This document shows, in pieces, positions 1 to 26,296 of a stretch of DNA of 64,000 bases. The translations under genes were made by a program, and so were the position numbers. Source of the DNA: Tubiluchus corallicola (lineage: Eukaryota; Animalia; Priapulida). The DNA lies in the NCBI GenBank assembly GCA_030141605.1, contig JAQGDQ010000655.1, positions 54,110-118,109 on the forward strand, given 5' to 3'. Below the pieces are notes generated by a model. The model searched no databases, was not told the DNA's origin, and saw only the letters and a program-made list of their open reading frames with translations. Numbering within the stretch: the stretch's first letter is position 1; each line of letters starts with the position of its first letter.

Positions 1-644
1 GGTAAAGGAAGCACAGGTTTTGGGTGCACAACATTTTGCGGAGGAGAGAACAATACGGCTTGCATCAACACTTAATGAAAGAACTTCAATTAGATGCATA
101 AGATAATTACATGCTTCTTCCACTCCTCAAAAACCCAATTAGAACAAATATTATTGTGCGTGTACGCCTCGAAATAACCAAGACTCGCCTAACTAGAATT
201 TCCAGGAAGCCAATTTGGGAAAATGGTCGTTGAAAACTCGAAAACTCGCTAAATTACTTAGGCAATGGCAGTTTTCCATCTACGTATTACTGCGGGATGC
301 GTATGCAGATAATGGGAAACATGTTCGAATGAATACGGATCACGCATTATGCACACACAAACACACTTCCACGTGTTTAAATACAAACTGTTGTATATCC
401 ATTATGTATTCCCGGAACCACACCTCTACATTTAAGGCAAACAAGGAAAAAGTGTAGAGAAATAGATGCAGACTGATTGACAGAAAAACAGTTCTAGACC
501 CGTAGCAAAACACAATGACTAATCAGTGACTAGATGCAGCTGGAAGAGCATTTTCTCCAAATCGCTCTGATATTAGTTTACAAAAGCAATGAAAAATAAG
601 GCAAAGCTGACAGGAATGCTCTTCTTAACATTTTATAAACATAC

Positions 645-13273
<12,629 letters not shown>

Positions 13274-15622
13274 TCTGTCCTGGCAGAGCACTCATTGACG
13301 TTGTGATCTTCTTGTACCCTATGAACGGACCGCTTTCGCTGAAAAAGGTGTAAAAGAATTAGCAAGCTTTATCAAAGCTTATTAAATCATTAATCGCTAT
13401 GTGTTCACAATTTTGACTTCAAACCAGGCGAGAGCATTTCTTTCAATAGCTCACAAAGTTTCTTTCTCCCTTTAAAAGGCATTTGGTCATAGCATTCGAC
13501 AATGTTTGCCTTTAGTTCCTGTGTATAAAAGTCAAACGTTAATGCACAGAGTTGTCTTAATGAGAATATCATCCTTTCGTAAAGCCTTTGGGAGATGTCA
13601 CGAACATAGATTTATTTTCTTGGAGGCCCAGGGTTTGTTTTTTAGCCGTGTGAATAAATCTCTAAATCTCTGTAATATGTATCTGTATTGCTACTGTTAC
13701 TTTTAAGCAACTACAGTTAAGAGCAGTTTACCTGCCGCATTAACGATTGAAAGCTCTTGAAATGTATTGTGTATAAGGATGACAACAGCACACTTTGCCC
13801 CCTTTATTAAAGTAATCAATAAACTGATAATATTAATCACATTATTAATAGATACGTTAAAAATGTACGCATTGAAGAACAACAGTGTACTTAGTCTCCC
13901 AGGAAGCTGAGCTCATTTTAATATTTGAGAATAATTGTCGCAAGTGTCTGGAATAAAACTGTGAAAAGCGCATCATGAAATTAGCTAACATCAATTTAAT
14001 GTTTTAATCACTTCAAGCCTAACTGTGCTCGTTTTGAACGAAAAATAGGGTCATCTGGTTATAAACACTTATCCCGCTAGGTGCTTGAATGAACTTCTTT
14101 AGCAGCTATAGTTACTATTATCAACTACAAACAATTCAAAATGTTAAACGAGAGATTATTAATATTATTTTTTGCTTTTTGATGAATCTTGCGGTCCACT
14201 ATGTGAAGGAAAACAATTACCCGACTATAATATAATAATCTGCAACTTGCTTAGTTACCACCAACGAATTAATAGAATAATTATTTTAACAAGCTAAAAC
14301 TGAACTATGTCGGCTAAGTAAAGCTGTCTGGTACCCTCTATATGTTTGTAGACTCGCAAAATGCCATGATTATATGTAAATATATTCTGTAGCACTTACA
14401 CCTTTTGAGATTTAAAGACTTAAAATTTAAAGTTAATAGAACTGATCCCAATATTAATTTTTACATATTAGTTAAACACAATGATTTAGTCAGCTAGAAT
14501 AATGGAATTTCTGAGTGACAGCAGAAGCTTTATTGGGTGTGTATTCATGATGCCCATCTGCTTGTGTCATTTTTTCAAATATGTTTTCAGTGAGGTTCAA
14601 TTGGCAGAAGATCCCAATGACAAATTTCTTTTGCATTTTTAAGCAATGCATGTTATGCACATATATTACGAGTTAATTTCGATATTCATAAGTGTGTTGA
14701 ATACTGTTCGAAGGTTGGTTTTACCTTTAGAAGCATGTGTGTGAATATGAGTGAAACTCGTTCTACTACATTGTCAAAGGCTTATGTATATTATGAACAG
14801 AAGTACGATTTGTAGCTAGAAAAGTTGAAGGCTAGTTGAAATCGTGGAAATCGGTCAATTTTGCAAGGAATCAGAGTTTGGTAAATATGACGGACTCTGA
14901 CACTCACTTAAAACAGTGCATTTTTCTGGTGAAGTAGCACTATTACAAGCAAAACTGAATCACAGTCAAGGAAGTAGTGTTGTATGTGTGACTCTAATGT
15001 TTATTTTTTAGTTATGAGATGCCACCTGCCTTAAATATAAATACGAAATAGTACTCTTATTAGGGTCTTTAATAAAAAAACCCACTGGAACTGGTTGAAT
15101 CTGCTTAATATAAAGCTGGAGCTGAAATTCTAAGAACTTCTGGACTCATCAGTTGGAGTGAACAAACCTATTGAAACCAACTCAATAAGTTCAAAATTGT
15201 ACATTAAACTGTGGTGTCTACCAATTAATTATTCATAGTACATTATAAGCTCCAGTCAAGTCAAGAACACAAGAAAAATCTGGTAACCCGCCCATGATAA
15301 CAAAATTAATTTTTGATTCGAGCTTACTTTGACGATGTTAGGAACTTTTTGTGTAAGAAAAACCAAGCAGGATCGATTCAAATAGGATTAAACATTCAAT
15401 TTAACGACACCTACATTTTCAGTTGCATCAGTTTTCTTTATTAATACTTCAGCTGCGCTACCTTACCGAAATACCTAACTTTCACTTTTCAGTATACTAG
15501 TTACGACGCTGAATTTCACTTCCACGACATTGGTACGCAGTTTCGAACAATGAAAATGATCCTCAAAATTAGCAAATGTAAAGTCCAAAATATATCGACC
15601 TACAAGTAAAATATGCACTTAC

Positions 15623-15760
15623 CTGGAGCCGTTCTGTTGGGTGAATATATCAGGCAACAGGTAACTCCAAAAAGGGAGCACGCAGGCGAAGGATGTTTAA
15701 TGATTTTAGCGGATTAGTAATTCAACCAAATTTCTAACCTTCGCAAAATGGCGTACTAAT
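15623..15760 (-). other. PRRC2: PRRC2 putative non-coding exon 1 (5' end approximate)
   Basis: Consensus donor CAG|GTAAGT at 15623/15622 on the minus strand, next to a cluster of promoter motifs; contains no ATG. Confidence 0.65.
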
Positions 15761-15860
15761 CTGCGTTGAGTGTGCTCTGACGTCACACCACCAGGTGGCT
15801 TACTTCGTTCATGCGTGAGCTTCCAGGTGGCGCGAAAAAGGAAAGCTTCTCGCGTGTACA
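15740..15860. promoter_or_regulatory. PRRC2 promoter, possibly bidirectional
   Basis: YY1-type AAAATGGCG 15745-15753, CRE TGACGTCA 15778-15785, two CCAGGTGGC (CTCF/E-box-like) at 15788-15799 and 15823-15833; locally CpG-rich. Confidence 0.65.
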
Positions 15861-16953
15861 TGGAAATAGTAATGCTAGTAATATTATAACAAAATTATTC
15901 TGTTTCTTTTTGATAAGGAGTATTGGCTGATAACGAGTGCTTTCATAATTTTAGTTTTATTTTGATTTCAGCTGTGTTGTTAGTTCAATAAAGAATTCCC
16001 AATTCATCCTTCAATCGTAGGAATATATGATGTACGTCGTGTAGTCCCGCAATTGAATGGTTGTTGCCTTATGGCTTGTCATCTAGATGTGATTAACAGT
16101 GATTGTGCATAAAAAATAAGTTAATGCATTATACCAGTAGATAAAAATGTCTTATGTTTTCTGTATATAAGCAAAAAGACTTTTTTAGCTTTTGGTGTAA
16201 ATTAAAATCACTTATCAACCATTTACCAAAAGTGATGCATGTATACTAACATTTTCCCCAGTGTAATTATGGGCCCTAGTGCTGTGTGCCAGCTACCAGG
16301 CACTCTGTGGGCCCTGCTTATGCTTGCATATATGTGCTTTATGTACGTTGGTCAAAGCTCTGAGCTCGCCTAATATACCAATGATTGTTTGAACTCCAAA
16401 AAGTGGTGCAATGTGTGAATAGAGAGCCAGTAACTGGTCAAACACAATATACATTGCAAGATGCCACAGACAATCAGTGATTATTATTGATGAACATCGA
16501 ATTTTAAATTCAAATGAGTTTTTTAAATGCAAATTTATGCGATCTTCATAAATTTATGCTAACTTAAAAATTATAGATTTGAATAATTCAACACTTCAAT
16601 TACATACGTTCTTTATTATTAAAATGTTTGAAACTAATTATTATTGTTTTTACTACGGAACAAAATCTAGCAATATGCTTAATATAATCTTTGCAAAACT
16701 GCTTTTTACTAATGATTCGAAAATGCTTAAAATTGTATTCAGGTTCGATTCACATTCGAAATCTTGACATTCATTTTCATTTGAGTTAGAAAGTCAAAAA
16801 TTCAATTCGAATTCACTTTCTGATAGAGAATGCTCACTCCTAGTAATGACATGTGTTTTGAAACGCGTATGCTTTACTAAACGTTTTTCCCTCTTCGTTT
16901 GTAGACTACCTCTGGCATGCTTTTATTCATTTCTTGACTCTTGGCATCACAAC

Positions 16954-17096
16954 ATGCTGTCCTTCCTAGTGGCCATCCTTGTAGTGGGTATCACTCTGCA
17001 ATACATTCATTCCAAGCGTAAAGGAAAGATATGGGATAAATACATTATCTCTGGCTTCGTGAGCCGTGGCTTTGAGGAAGTAGAGCATGCGTTCAG
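16954..17096 (+). CDS. Lactamase copy A exon 1 (hydrophobic N-terminus)
   Basis: MLSFLVAILVVGITLQY..SGFVSRGFEEVEHAFR; donor AG|gtaacc, phase 2. Confidence 0.85.
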
Positions 17097-20000
17097 GTAA
17101 CCACGCTAGAGCTTTTCAAATGTCTCGTAGATTAGATTGGATATTTATTAACATTTGTCAACTCTAAGTACATTGATAAAAGTTGTAATGAGTCCGGGGT
17201 GAAACAAATAGTCCGTAAACAATTTATTCCAAATAACATCTGCTCTCAAACAAACATACAATACACATTACAGTAATAACACATACGAATAATAAGAAAA
17301 TTAGTTGAGCCAAACCATTAGGTAGTTCTACTTGTAATCAAAATTGCATGTCATATTCCTTGGTATTCTTTTAATGCACAGCAAGCAAATGCACACAACT
17401 TTTTGTGATCTTCCTCATTCATTAATTTGTGTATACATACCAGCAACATTGTTAAGACTAAACTCAGTTCTGAAATGACTCGTTCTATGACATTTTAGCA
17501 AAATATGCTCCTTGTCTTGCACTTGGCCACATGAACAAAGCCTATTTTCCACCAGGGTTGTCAGTTTCAATGTTTAGTCCACGAGAGCTGCATCTAATTC
17601 TGGAAAATGCAGTTCTTTGAATTTCGCGTACACTGCTCTCATGTACAATAATAATTTTAATGTTTTTTCCATAATAACTGATGGAAATCTTGCCTATTTA
17701 TAAACTACTGCCAGCAAGGAAAAACAGCTGTTCGGAAAAACGAATTGGTAAAGTTTATAATGATGTACGTTTAGTATCCTCGGAAAATAGGGAAAGACCT
17801 GGTTAGTTTGCATTCTTTTATGCAACTGGCGTAACCCATGGTCACATATGACGCTGCATCAAAACAAATAGAAACCACAGCTGGTAAACAAAGTATTGTG
17901 CACAAAATGTTACTCTTTTAAAAGAGAACTGGACGATTGACTAGACTCAATCTCATTTTAATTTACTGTCCATGTCGTGAATTTCTTTTTCCACGGAATT
18001 TCAGTATACTGGTTTAAAACTAAATCACAAAACACCTTAACTCAAAACTAAATTTCTAAAATTTTAATTCCATATGTTTTGATAGAATCAGTAACACAAC
18101 CGTTTTTTCTAGAGTTAAAGCCACACCTGCCTCAAAACCGGTCCAAAACAAGTTTCACTCAAACAAGTATTCTTCCACCAGTCAAAACTTGGGAAAAAGT
18201 AGGGCCAATTATTATGTATAAAGGCATTAATATGACTAGAGACTTGTGGACTTATTCAAGTTCACAACAGTCCAAAATATACATTCTCTTTCTTATAAAC
18301 GCTAGCAGCAGTTTCTAATATTTGAATAATTACATTGGAAAGTTAATTAACGGCAACCGAATACAGCCATCACTTATGTCACAAAGTAATCACAGTTTGT
18401 GCAATGGTAGCATCTTCCCTGCACGTCAAGCATATTCTAATTCAGGTTCATGGAAAAATATAAGAATTGTCAGCTGGCCTATCAAAGTCATGTCTAATTC
18501 AGGTTCATGGGAAAATATGAGAATTGTCAGCAGGCCTATCAAAGTCATGTCTAATTCAGGTTCATGGGAAAATATGAGAATTGTCAGCTGGCCTATCAAA
18601 GTCATGTCTAATTCAGGTTCATGGGAAAATATGAGAATTGTCAGCAGGCCTATCAAAATCATGTATAATTTAGGGTCTTGGAAAAATATAAGAATTGTCA
18701 GCAGGCCTATCAAAGTCATGTCTAATTCAAGGTTGTGGAACAATATAAAAGTTGTCAGCAGGTCTATCAAAGGCATGTGTAATTTAGGGAACAGTATAAG
18801 AGTTGTCAGCAGGCCTATCAAAGTCATGTCTAATTCAGGGTTGTAGAACAATATGAGAATTATCAGCTTGTCTAATGATTTTGATAGGCCTGTTGACAAT
18901 TTCTATATTTTTACACGGCCCTGAATCTAATAGCTATTTATTATCATATGGATTATTATTGATTGTTATGAATACAGATTGACTACTTTATTGCTGTTGT
19001 GTAAGTTCATTCATTATTGGAGACTCTGGGCATCATTCCTATTTATTTTGTCCATTTTAGGCAACAGTTTATGGACGGAGAAGAGGAGCATGGGGCTGCG
19101 TTTGCAGCTTATTACAAGGGCAACTTAGTAGTTGACCTCTGGGGCGGATACGCAGATAGGAACAGCTTGTACGAGTGGAAAGAGGACACGATGACGAACC
19201 TCTTCTCCGTAACGAAGGGAATCGGGGCTCTCTGCATGGCAGTGTTAGTGGACCATGGACAGATTAACTATGATGATCTAGTCATACGGTATTGGCCGGA
19301 GTTCGGAAAATATGGCAAGAGTCATGTGACAGTGCAGATGCTAATGGCGCATCAGGTCAGCATAAGTAGGGATGTAAGATAAACATGCAGTCAACCTTAG
19401 GTATAAGGTACTCGCTTATAGGGAACATTCGCTTATAAGGGACCACCAACACTAGCCCCAACTTTTCGTAACGTTTTTCCTTGTAAAAATCTTCGTATGC
19501 AAGATGTAAGGGACTTTCGGTTATAAGGGACGATATCTTCAGGTCCCGTGTAATAGAAGCCCAGGTAAGTTACCTCGCATATAAGGGAGCCTATTTGACT
19601 TCCATATAAGAAGGATTTTTAACCCCAATTTTTCGCAAACGCGGCCTTCGAACAGCTCGGTTTCTGCGGTCACATACATCTTGCATCACTTAGTAATGCT
19701 AAATGTATTGTACTTTTATACTGTAGCACCAAATTATCAGGAAAATGTCAAAAAAGACCTAAAATGTAATTTTATTATTCCTTACCCACTTTTTGGTCTA
19801 GAAACTAGTACTGCAATTGTAAAAAAATTTGTATTTTCTAATTCCAATTGTAGCTTGTGGAAGCGCATTTTGCTTCTGTTTTTTTCTGTTGACAAGACCA
19901 GATCTTCGTCAGGAAGAGCCATCTACTGGATTTGAATGTAACTTCAATTTGCTCTTGTAAAATCCATAGCAACCACACTTTCGTACAGTGGCTAAGTGTT

Positions 20001-23000
20001 TTGAGGAGACGCGACAAAAAGCAATGGCTGACTTTAACAGTGGTTTTCTCAAGATTATGTTTTTCAGTGTGCAACCTGCACCTCAGCTTCAACGTGGATT
20101 ATCTCAGCTTAGAGATATCGTTGAGCGATGAGCTTGGTATCAAAATGATCCGCATGAAATGGAGATTCAGGATATGTGAATAACTGTAAAAGCCTAATTG
20201 CGGACTTATGGACGATTTTGCTATGCGAGCACACATATATGTATAAACAGCTATAAACTAGTATAATTTTCAGGCAATTTCCCTGAAACCTACTTCAGGA
20301 ACCCCTTTTCTTGTCCAGCTTGATTTCAGCTTGATTGTTATTATAGGCTGCCATTCCACTCTTGGATGCCGAACTTGACATGAAAACTCTTGCCGACAGG
20401 AGAAAAATGGGAGAAATCCTCTCCGAACAGAAACCGTTCTGGCTTCCGTCCTCCACGGCGCATGGCTACCACATTTTTACACACGGAGCTCTTGTGGACC
20501 AACTGATATGGAAAGTAGATCCGCAGAGTCGGACGTTAGGGCGGTTCTTTCGAGAAGAAATTGCGGAAAAATTTGGTAAGTTAAATAATATTATTGCAAT
20601 CATGTAATCCTGGACAGTAAATTAATCTTTACGTTTCAGTCAAGTGAAATGTGAGTCAGATAAGTCAAATCTCATTATAATTCCTACTTTCCCTTTATAA
20701 TGCCAACCTCGCTTAAAGGAAGACCGGACAATTGTTTAGACTCAATCTCATTTTAATTCGTTGTCCAAAATAATACATTTTCTTGCATATAAAGGTTAAC
20801 ATATGTTCCTTATATTTGAATAATTAGCTTAGAAAGTTAACTAACGGCAACCGAACACAGGTATTGTTTACGTCAGAAACTAACCACAGTTTGTGCAATG
20901 GCAGACATCTTCCCTTGCGCAATCAAGTACATCGCATAAGTGTTACAGTACTGTTTAAACTCGTGATGTCAGGAAAAATGGGCTCTACGTTATATGACGT
21001 CAGAAACTAACACTGCAGTTCGTGATCATGCTTATCATGGTACCGCCTTCTAATTGTCAGCCACATGCACGTGACAAAAAGGTGCCGCTGCCAATCTTAC
21101 TAGATTCACTGAGCCGCGCATAGCTTTGGCAGTGTTTTGATCCAATTAACTGACTGAATCTGTTAGCCGGCGGATGTAGCCTTACTAGTATGGAGATATG
21201 AGTTATCGTTCTTCAGTTTCATAGATGCTGCAAAAGCTGTGAGAGCCTTAATTGTCATGTTTTCTGCTTTAATGATTAATTGTTCTATGAAAAACAGCAA
21301 AAGCTTCAAAAAGAAACCAAAACTAGGCATGTGATTAAAAGTTTAACTTCCATTTATTCTTTGGCAATGAAGTTAACTGCAGTGGATGCGCTGGTGATAG
21401 ATTCAAAGCAAAACTGCCATGCTTGCATAAAAGACCTCAAAAAACATCCTGCTTTCGAACAAAATAGTACTTAGCTTAGACTGTCGTTAGCCACGATGAT
21501 GTACTAAAAATTGAAAGCCCATATTTTAATATTTTTTACAAGTTTTGATGTTTACTGACATACTGTTTGTGCAAGGGCTTTCTAAAAATACACTTTTCTG
21601 GCTTTTTTATCTTAAAGATCTTTCAAAATCAAAGGTGTTTGTAATGTCATTTATTTAGTCTCTCATGTAACATTGTTAATAGATGGTCTGCTTTAATCAG
21701 TTTTGCATCGCAGATGCTGCCGAACAGTGTAAGCATTTTGGACATATTTAACAAACAACGCAACTTTGTATTCCAAACTTTATGTTATGTAATCTTTTTA
21801 ATACTCTCTCTCTGTGTCGAGTGTTTGACTATCGTCCACAAATTAGTAAAATTAAAGTCCGACGACGATCTAGCTATTGCATGTATTTTTTCAAAAAGGT
21901 AAATGGCGACAATAAACTGAAATTACAAAACAGATAAACAAACGATCAGCAAAAAACATTGAAACATAGAGACATATGATGACAGACTGAATAATTACAC
22001 TGCTTTTGCAGTATCAAGAAACTTCCTGCACACTGGACACCCATTAATTCATCGTAGCATTATCTGCTCAAGCGTGTGTGTGAGTCCTCTTCTTGCTGCG
22101 GAGCAATTTGAACAAATCTGTGTATTTGGTTTAAAACCGGCTTATTCACATCGCGCATCTCTTGCATCTCTTGCATCTCTCGCATCTCTTGCATCACCGC
22201 GCATCTCTTGCATCACCTCGCATCATCACATCACACATTACGCTCACTTGGAGTCTTAAGCCAATGATACAAAATACTGAAACCGGTCGATGTCGGCCGT
22301 GGTAGAAAGATCACTCAAATTAGACTACATTAATTTCAAATCAAAGACGACACACGGAATTTATCATTGTGGCCGTGAAGACAACAGCCGCCCTAAAATA
22401 GAAATGAGTTCTATTTCGTACTGCATGCGCCAGCCGCCCAAGTGTTTTATCCAATCCGGGATCAGTATTCCAGCAGTGGCTTTTGCTTTTCCCACGACTT
22501 GTATTGGTATAAATACTGCTATATAAATGAATATTGATATGTATTGATCAGTTTAGTCAGAGTACGGAGTGGTGAATGCGTATGACACCCTTAGAAGAGC
22601 AAGAATCAACTTTCGAGTTTATAAATCTAAATTGAACAAGCAGCATGTTTATGGGATCATACAGATCCTGCATGTAATGATCGCAATGCCTAAAGTCATG
22701 CTTGGGAGCACATTGCTAAAACAATGTCCATATCCAATTTTTAATTTAACTGCAGTATCTATATAAGCCTTACTTCACGCTGTACTGACACAACAATTAA
22801 GCTAAAAAAAATGGACGATCTCCTAGATTATTAATTATAGATCTAATTTTCAACATTAAATCACTATCCACAAGTACTAGGTTTAGTCTAGTGGTAATGC
22901 ATCTGCTTTTCATCTGGGAGGTCGTGAGTTCGAACCAGCGGCCGGGTCATACCAAAGACTTTACAAATGGTACCTGCTGTTGCCCTGCCTGATGTGTGGT

Positions 23001-26000
23001 ATTTAGGGTAACAGTGGGGTAATAATAGTCTCTGTTATGTAGTTGTAGGTTGTTATTTACAGTCAGCAGTAATAGCTCTTTGAGCTAATGTTAATTGTTG
23101 ACCCAAAAGCGACTTTAAATAAAGATTATTATTATTATTATATTATTATTATTATTATTATTATACTAAAACTAAATGGCGGCGAAATGTTTTGTAACAC
23201 GCACAGCACATCTTTTAGTTTAACAGTCCAAATATTTTTTACCGACCAGCATAAACGTCTCTGCTGTTTTCTAGGTATTGAAGCTTATGTTGGTTTGCCA
23301 AAAGAACTCAACTACCGCGTGGCAAGGCTCGGATTCTGTAGCCACACGGTGTCCGACTGGATCGCGTGGATTATTAAATGTCTAACAGAGTTTTTGATGC
23401 CAAACTGGACTTCTTTATTCCGTCAGTTTCTGGATAAGCCTAATCCGCGTCTGTTTGGATTAATCGTAAGCATATTCTCTGGTTCATAATTCGGTCAGGC
23501 CTGCAGACTTTTGTGCCATTCTACTATTTTAGGCTTTTCGGGGAGATGAATAAGTGGCGGCATTGACCGGAGTTAAAAATGGCGATGAGGCTGGTGAATG
23601 AAAAGAACTGGTGAGAAACTTCTGGGCACCTTTATTTGCCATGCTGATTCAGGCTGTTCACCTTACTGGAAGATGTATTCGCATCTACCTTTGACTCAGT
23701 CTCTTCTGCCAATTCAGTGTCTCATCTCAGTGGCGCAACCTTGGCAGCGAGTCATATTCTGGTTACATTTATAACCGGGGACATAGCCAACGTCAAAGCA
23801 AGCACATAAAATAATGTGCCGTAACACATACCAAAAGGGTGTCATGACACATAAAGCAATTGTTTGTCTATGCCACAGCAGACAGTATCAGTGTGTGTCA
23901 GGAATATATTATAATAATACGTTTTGTGGCAATTTGATACTTGGTTCAGTCTGTCATTGTGTATATCAGGGGTGTGCAAATTGCGGCCCGCCAGCCACTT
24001 GCGGCCCGCCGAGAGAACATGTGCGGCCGGCGAAGAGATTTGTCAACCTAATGAAAGTGCGGCCCGGGCGATTAATTGAGTGTATCCAGCTGAAGTCCGT
24101 GCCACGATCCCAAAGATAGTGCGGGTAGTTTTTTCTACTAGATCGGATACCATTAACCCTTACAAGACGGTTGTAGCTTAATGTCACTGTACTACACAGA
24201 CTGTGTGATACACATTACTAATATGCATTGTAATGAAATTACCACTATCTATCCTGAAAGTAGAAATATATGGTTTGTAATATAAATTTTAATAACTTCT
24301 AAAATAGTTTCTTGAGTGTAGTAGTAATGATGTACGCAGGTCGGATGCGAAGAAATCGTTATTAGGCCTTTCTGTACTTGGCTCGTTGATCAAACTGCTC
24401 GTGGCCCGCAGAAATTGCGGGAAAGTTTAATGTGGCCCGGCTAGTCAGATAATTTGCACACCCCTGGTGTATATTGACAACGACATTGTGTATATTACGA
24501 GTATCATTTTCAACAGACACTCTAAACGTAACATTCATTAAGAATTTATGTTTTTATGCAGGGGAACAGTATGTTCAACAATATAGACTTCCGATCCTTA
24601 GAATTTCCGTCTGCTAACGGAATTGGTTCAGCCAGAGGGTTAGCAAAATTGTATGGAATTTTGGCCAGCGGAGGCACCCACGGCGGACGAGTTCTCTTAT
24701 CCCCGGACGTCTTGCAAAAGGTAAGGCGATCGTATTTCAAAAGGTAAGGAAGTGCTGAGAATTTGTAACGTTAAACTAATTGACCAGCATCATCTTCGCT
24801 CTCCCGGCGACTCCAACCATGTGACATCAGAGATACTATCAGGTGGTGCAAAAAAAATGTGCGGAAGTTTTGAGCACCATATTATAAGAAGAAAATAATG
24901 GAATCGCTTGAAAATTGTCCCACTGATGTTACAGACGATTGTATGTAAACACCAAAAATTTTACAGCATTCCTGTAGAACTTTTTAAAGATATAGAAGTT
25001 TTAAATCGACACCGTGAAAAATAAACAATGCAAAAAGTTTGCGTGTCATTGTTGTTAAAATTTACACCATGTTCTACGTATCTACCGTTTTCGAAGCAAA
25101 CAAGACGAACACGATTCTTTCTCTACCTGATACACCTTCCCACTTCTTTAAAGGACAAGAAAAGGCCTAGTTAAAGCAAGTCTCAGAAAATTTTCGCTAA
25201 AGAATTATAACGGTTAGAGGCAATCTTGAGCGTTTATCGTACTCGCTTTAAAAGAATTTCCGTTTATAGATCTAATGTATCACGTTGAGCAAAAAATATG
25301 CCAACGTTTTGGTCAGGATTTTATAAGGAGAAAATAACAAAATCGCTTGAAAATTGCCTCACTAAGGCCAGAAACGGTTTTGTATAAGCGTCGAAAATCT
25401 CTGCCATATGCTCAGATTTTGCAAACGATACGGAAGTTTTACAACAAAATCAATGCCGGGAAAATTCTCACTGTGAAAAATTCTTAAACATGCAGTAAAT
25501 TCCTAGGTCTATACGTCCAGCAGATTCTATTGCAAACTAGACGAAGGCTTTTATTCCAGATGCTGACACAGTTTCTGACTTCTCTGCATCAAACGGTCCT
25601 GTGCATTCGTCGTACACGTTGTTCTTAAGGGAATTCCAGGTTCAGTGAATTAATTTAAAGGACAAGAAAAGGCCTAGTTAAAGAAAGTCTCAGAAAATTT
25701 TCGCTAAGGAAACGGTTAGAGGCAATCTTAAGCGTTTATCGTACTCACGTTAAAAGAATTTCCTGTCTTTTTTCACTTTGAATACTCCCGCGAGACTGTC
25801 ACGGCGGCGCCATATTAGATGGCATCACAGAACCACAACACAAATCTTTATAGTACACGTGCTCAGAACTCGCTGCGACTGTGTTCTAGTGATGTCATCC
25901 ACGTGATCAGCCACATGCTGGCTTTTCAAATGGCGGACTAAATGAAACATGTCGCGCCAACGTTTACTGCAGCGATTGAAATATTTTACAAAAATTCTAT

Positions 26001-26253
26001 TTTCTAATAACAGATTCAAAGGAAAGTGACGAGTGGAAAAGACAAAGTTGTCGGTTACCTTCCTGGTCGGTTTAAACCTCAGTTTACAGCGGGTGGTTTC
26101 TACACTGGCGCACCTTTTACAGGCCCACAGGTATGTAAAAATTTCATTTCCACTGTCCAAGTGACTTTAATAGACGTTCCACCTAGTTGTGGCATTGGGA
26201 AGCTTTGCAATAAAAAGTGTACATCTGTCTGCATCGCAGCTTTTCTCAAGTCG

Positions 26254-26296
<43 letters not shown>

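Noticed and set aside
18322-18899. 174-aa and 157-aa ORFs on opposite strands with a 19-aa repeat
   Set aside because: Produced by a 57-bp minisatellite inside an intron; no splice or homology support
22880-22950. Possible tRNA gene (also at ~34525-34600)
   Set aside because: Continues into a shared non-tRNA body and (ATT)n tail in both copies, so it is a SINE head
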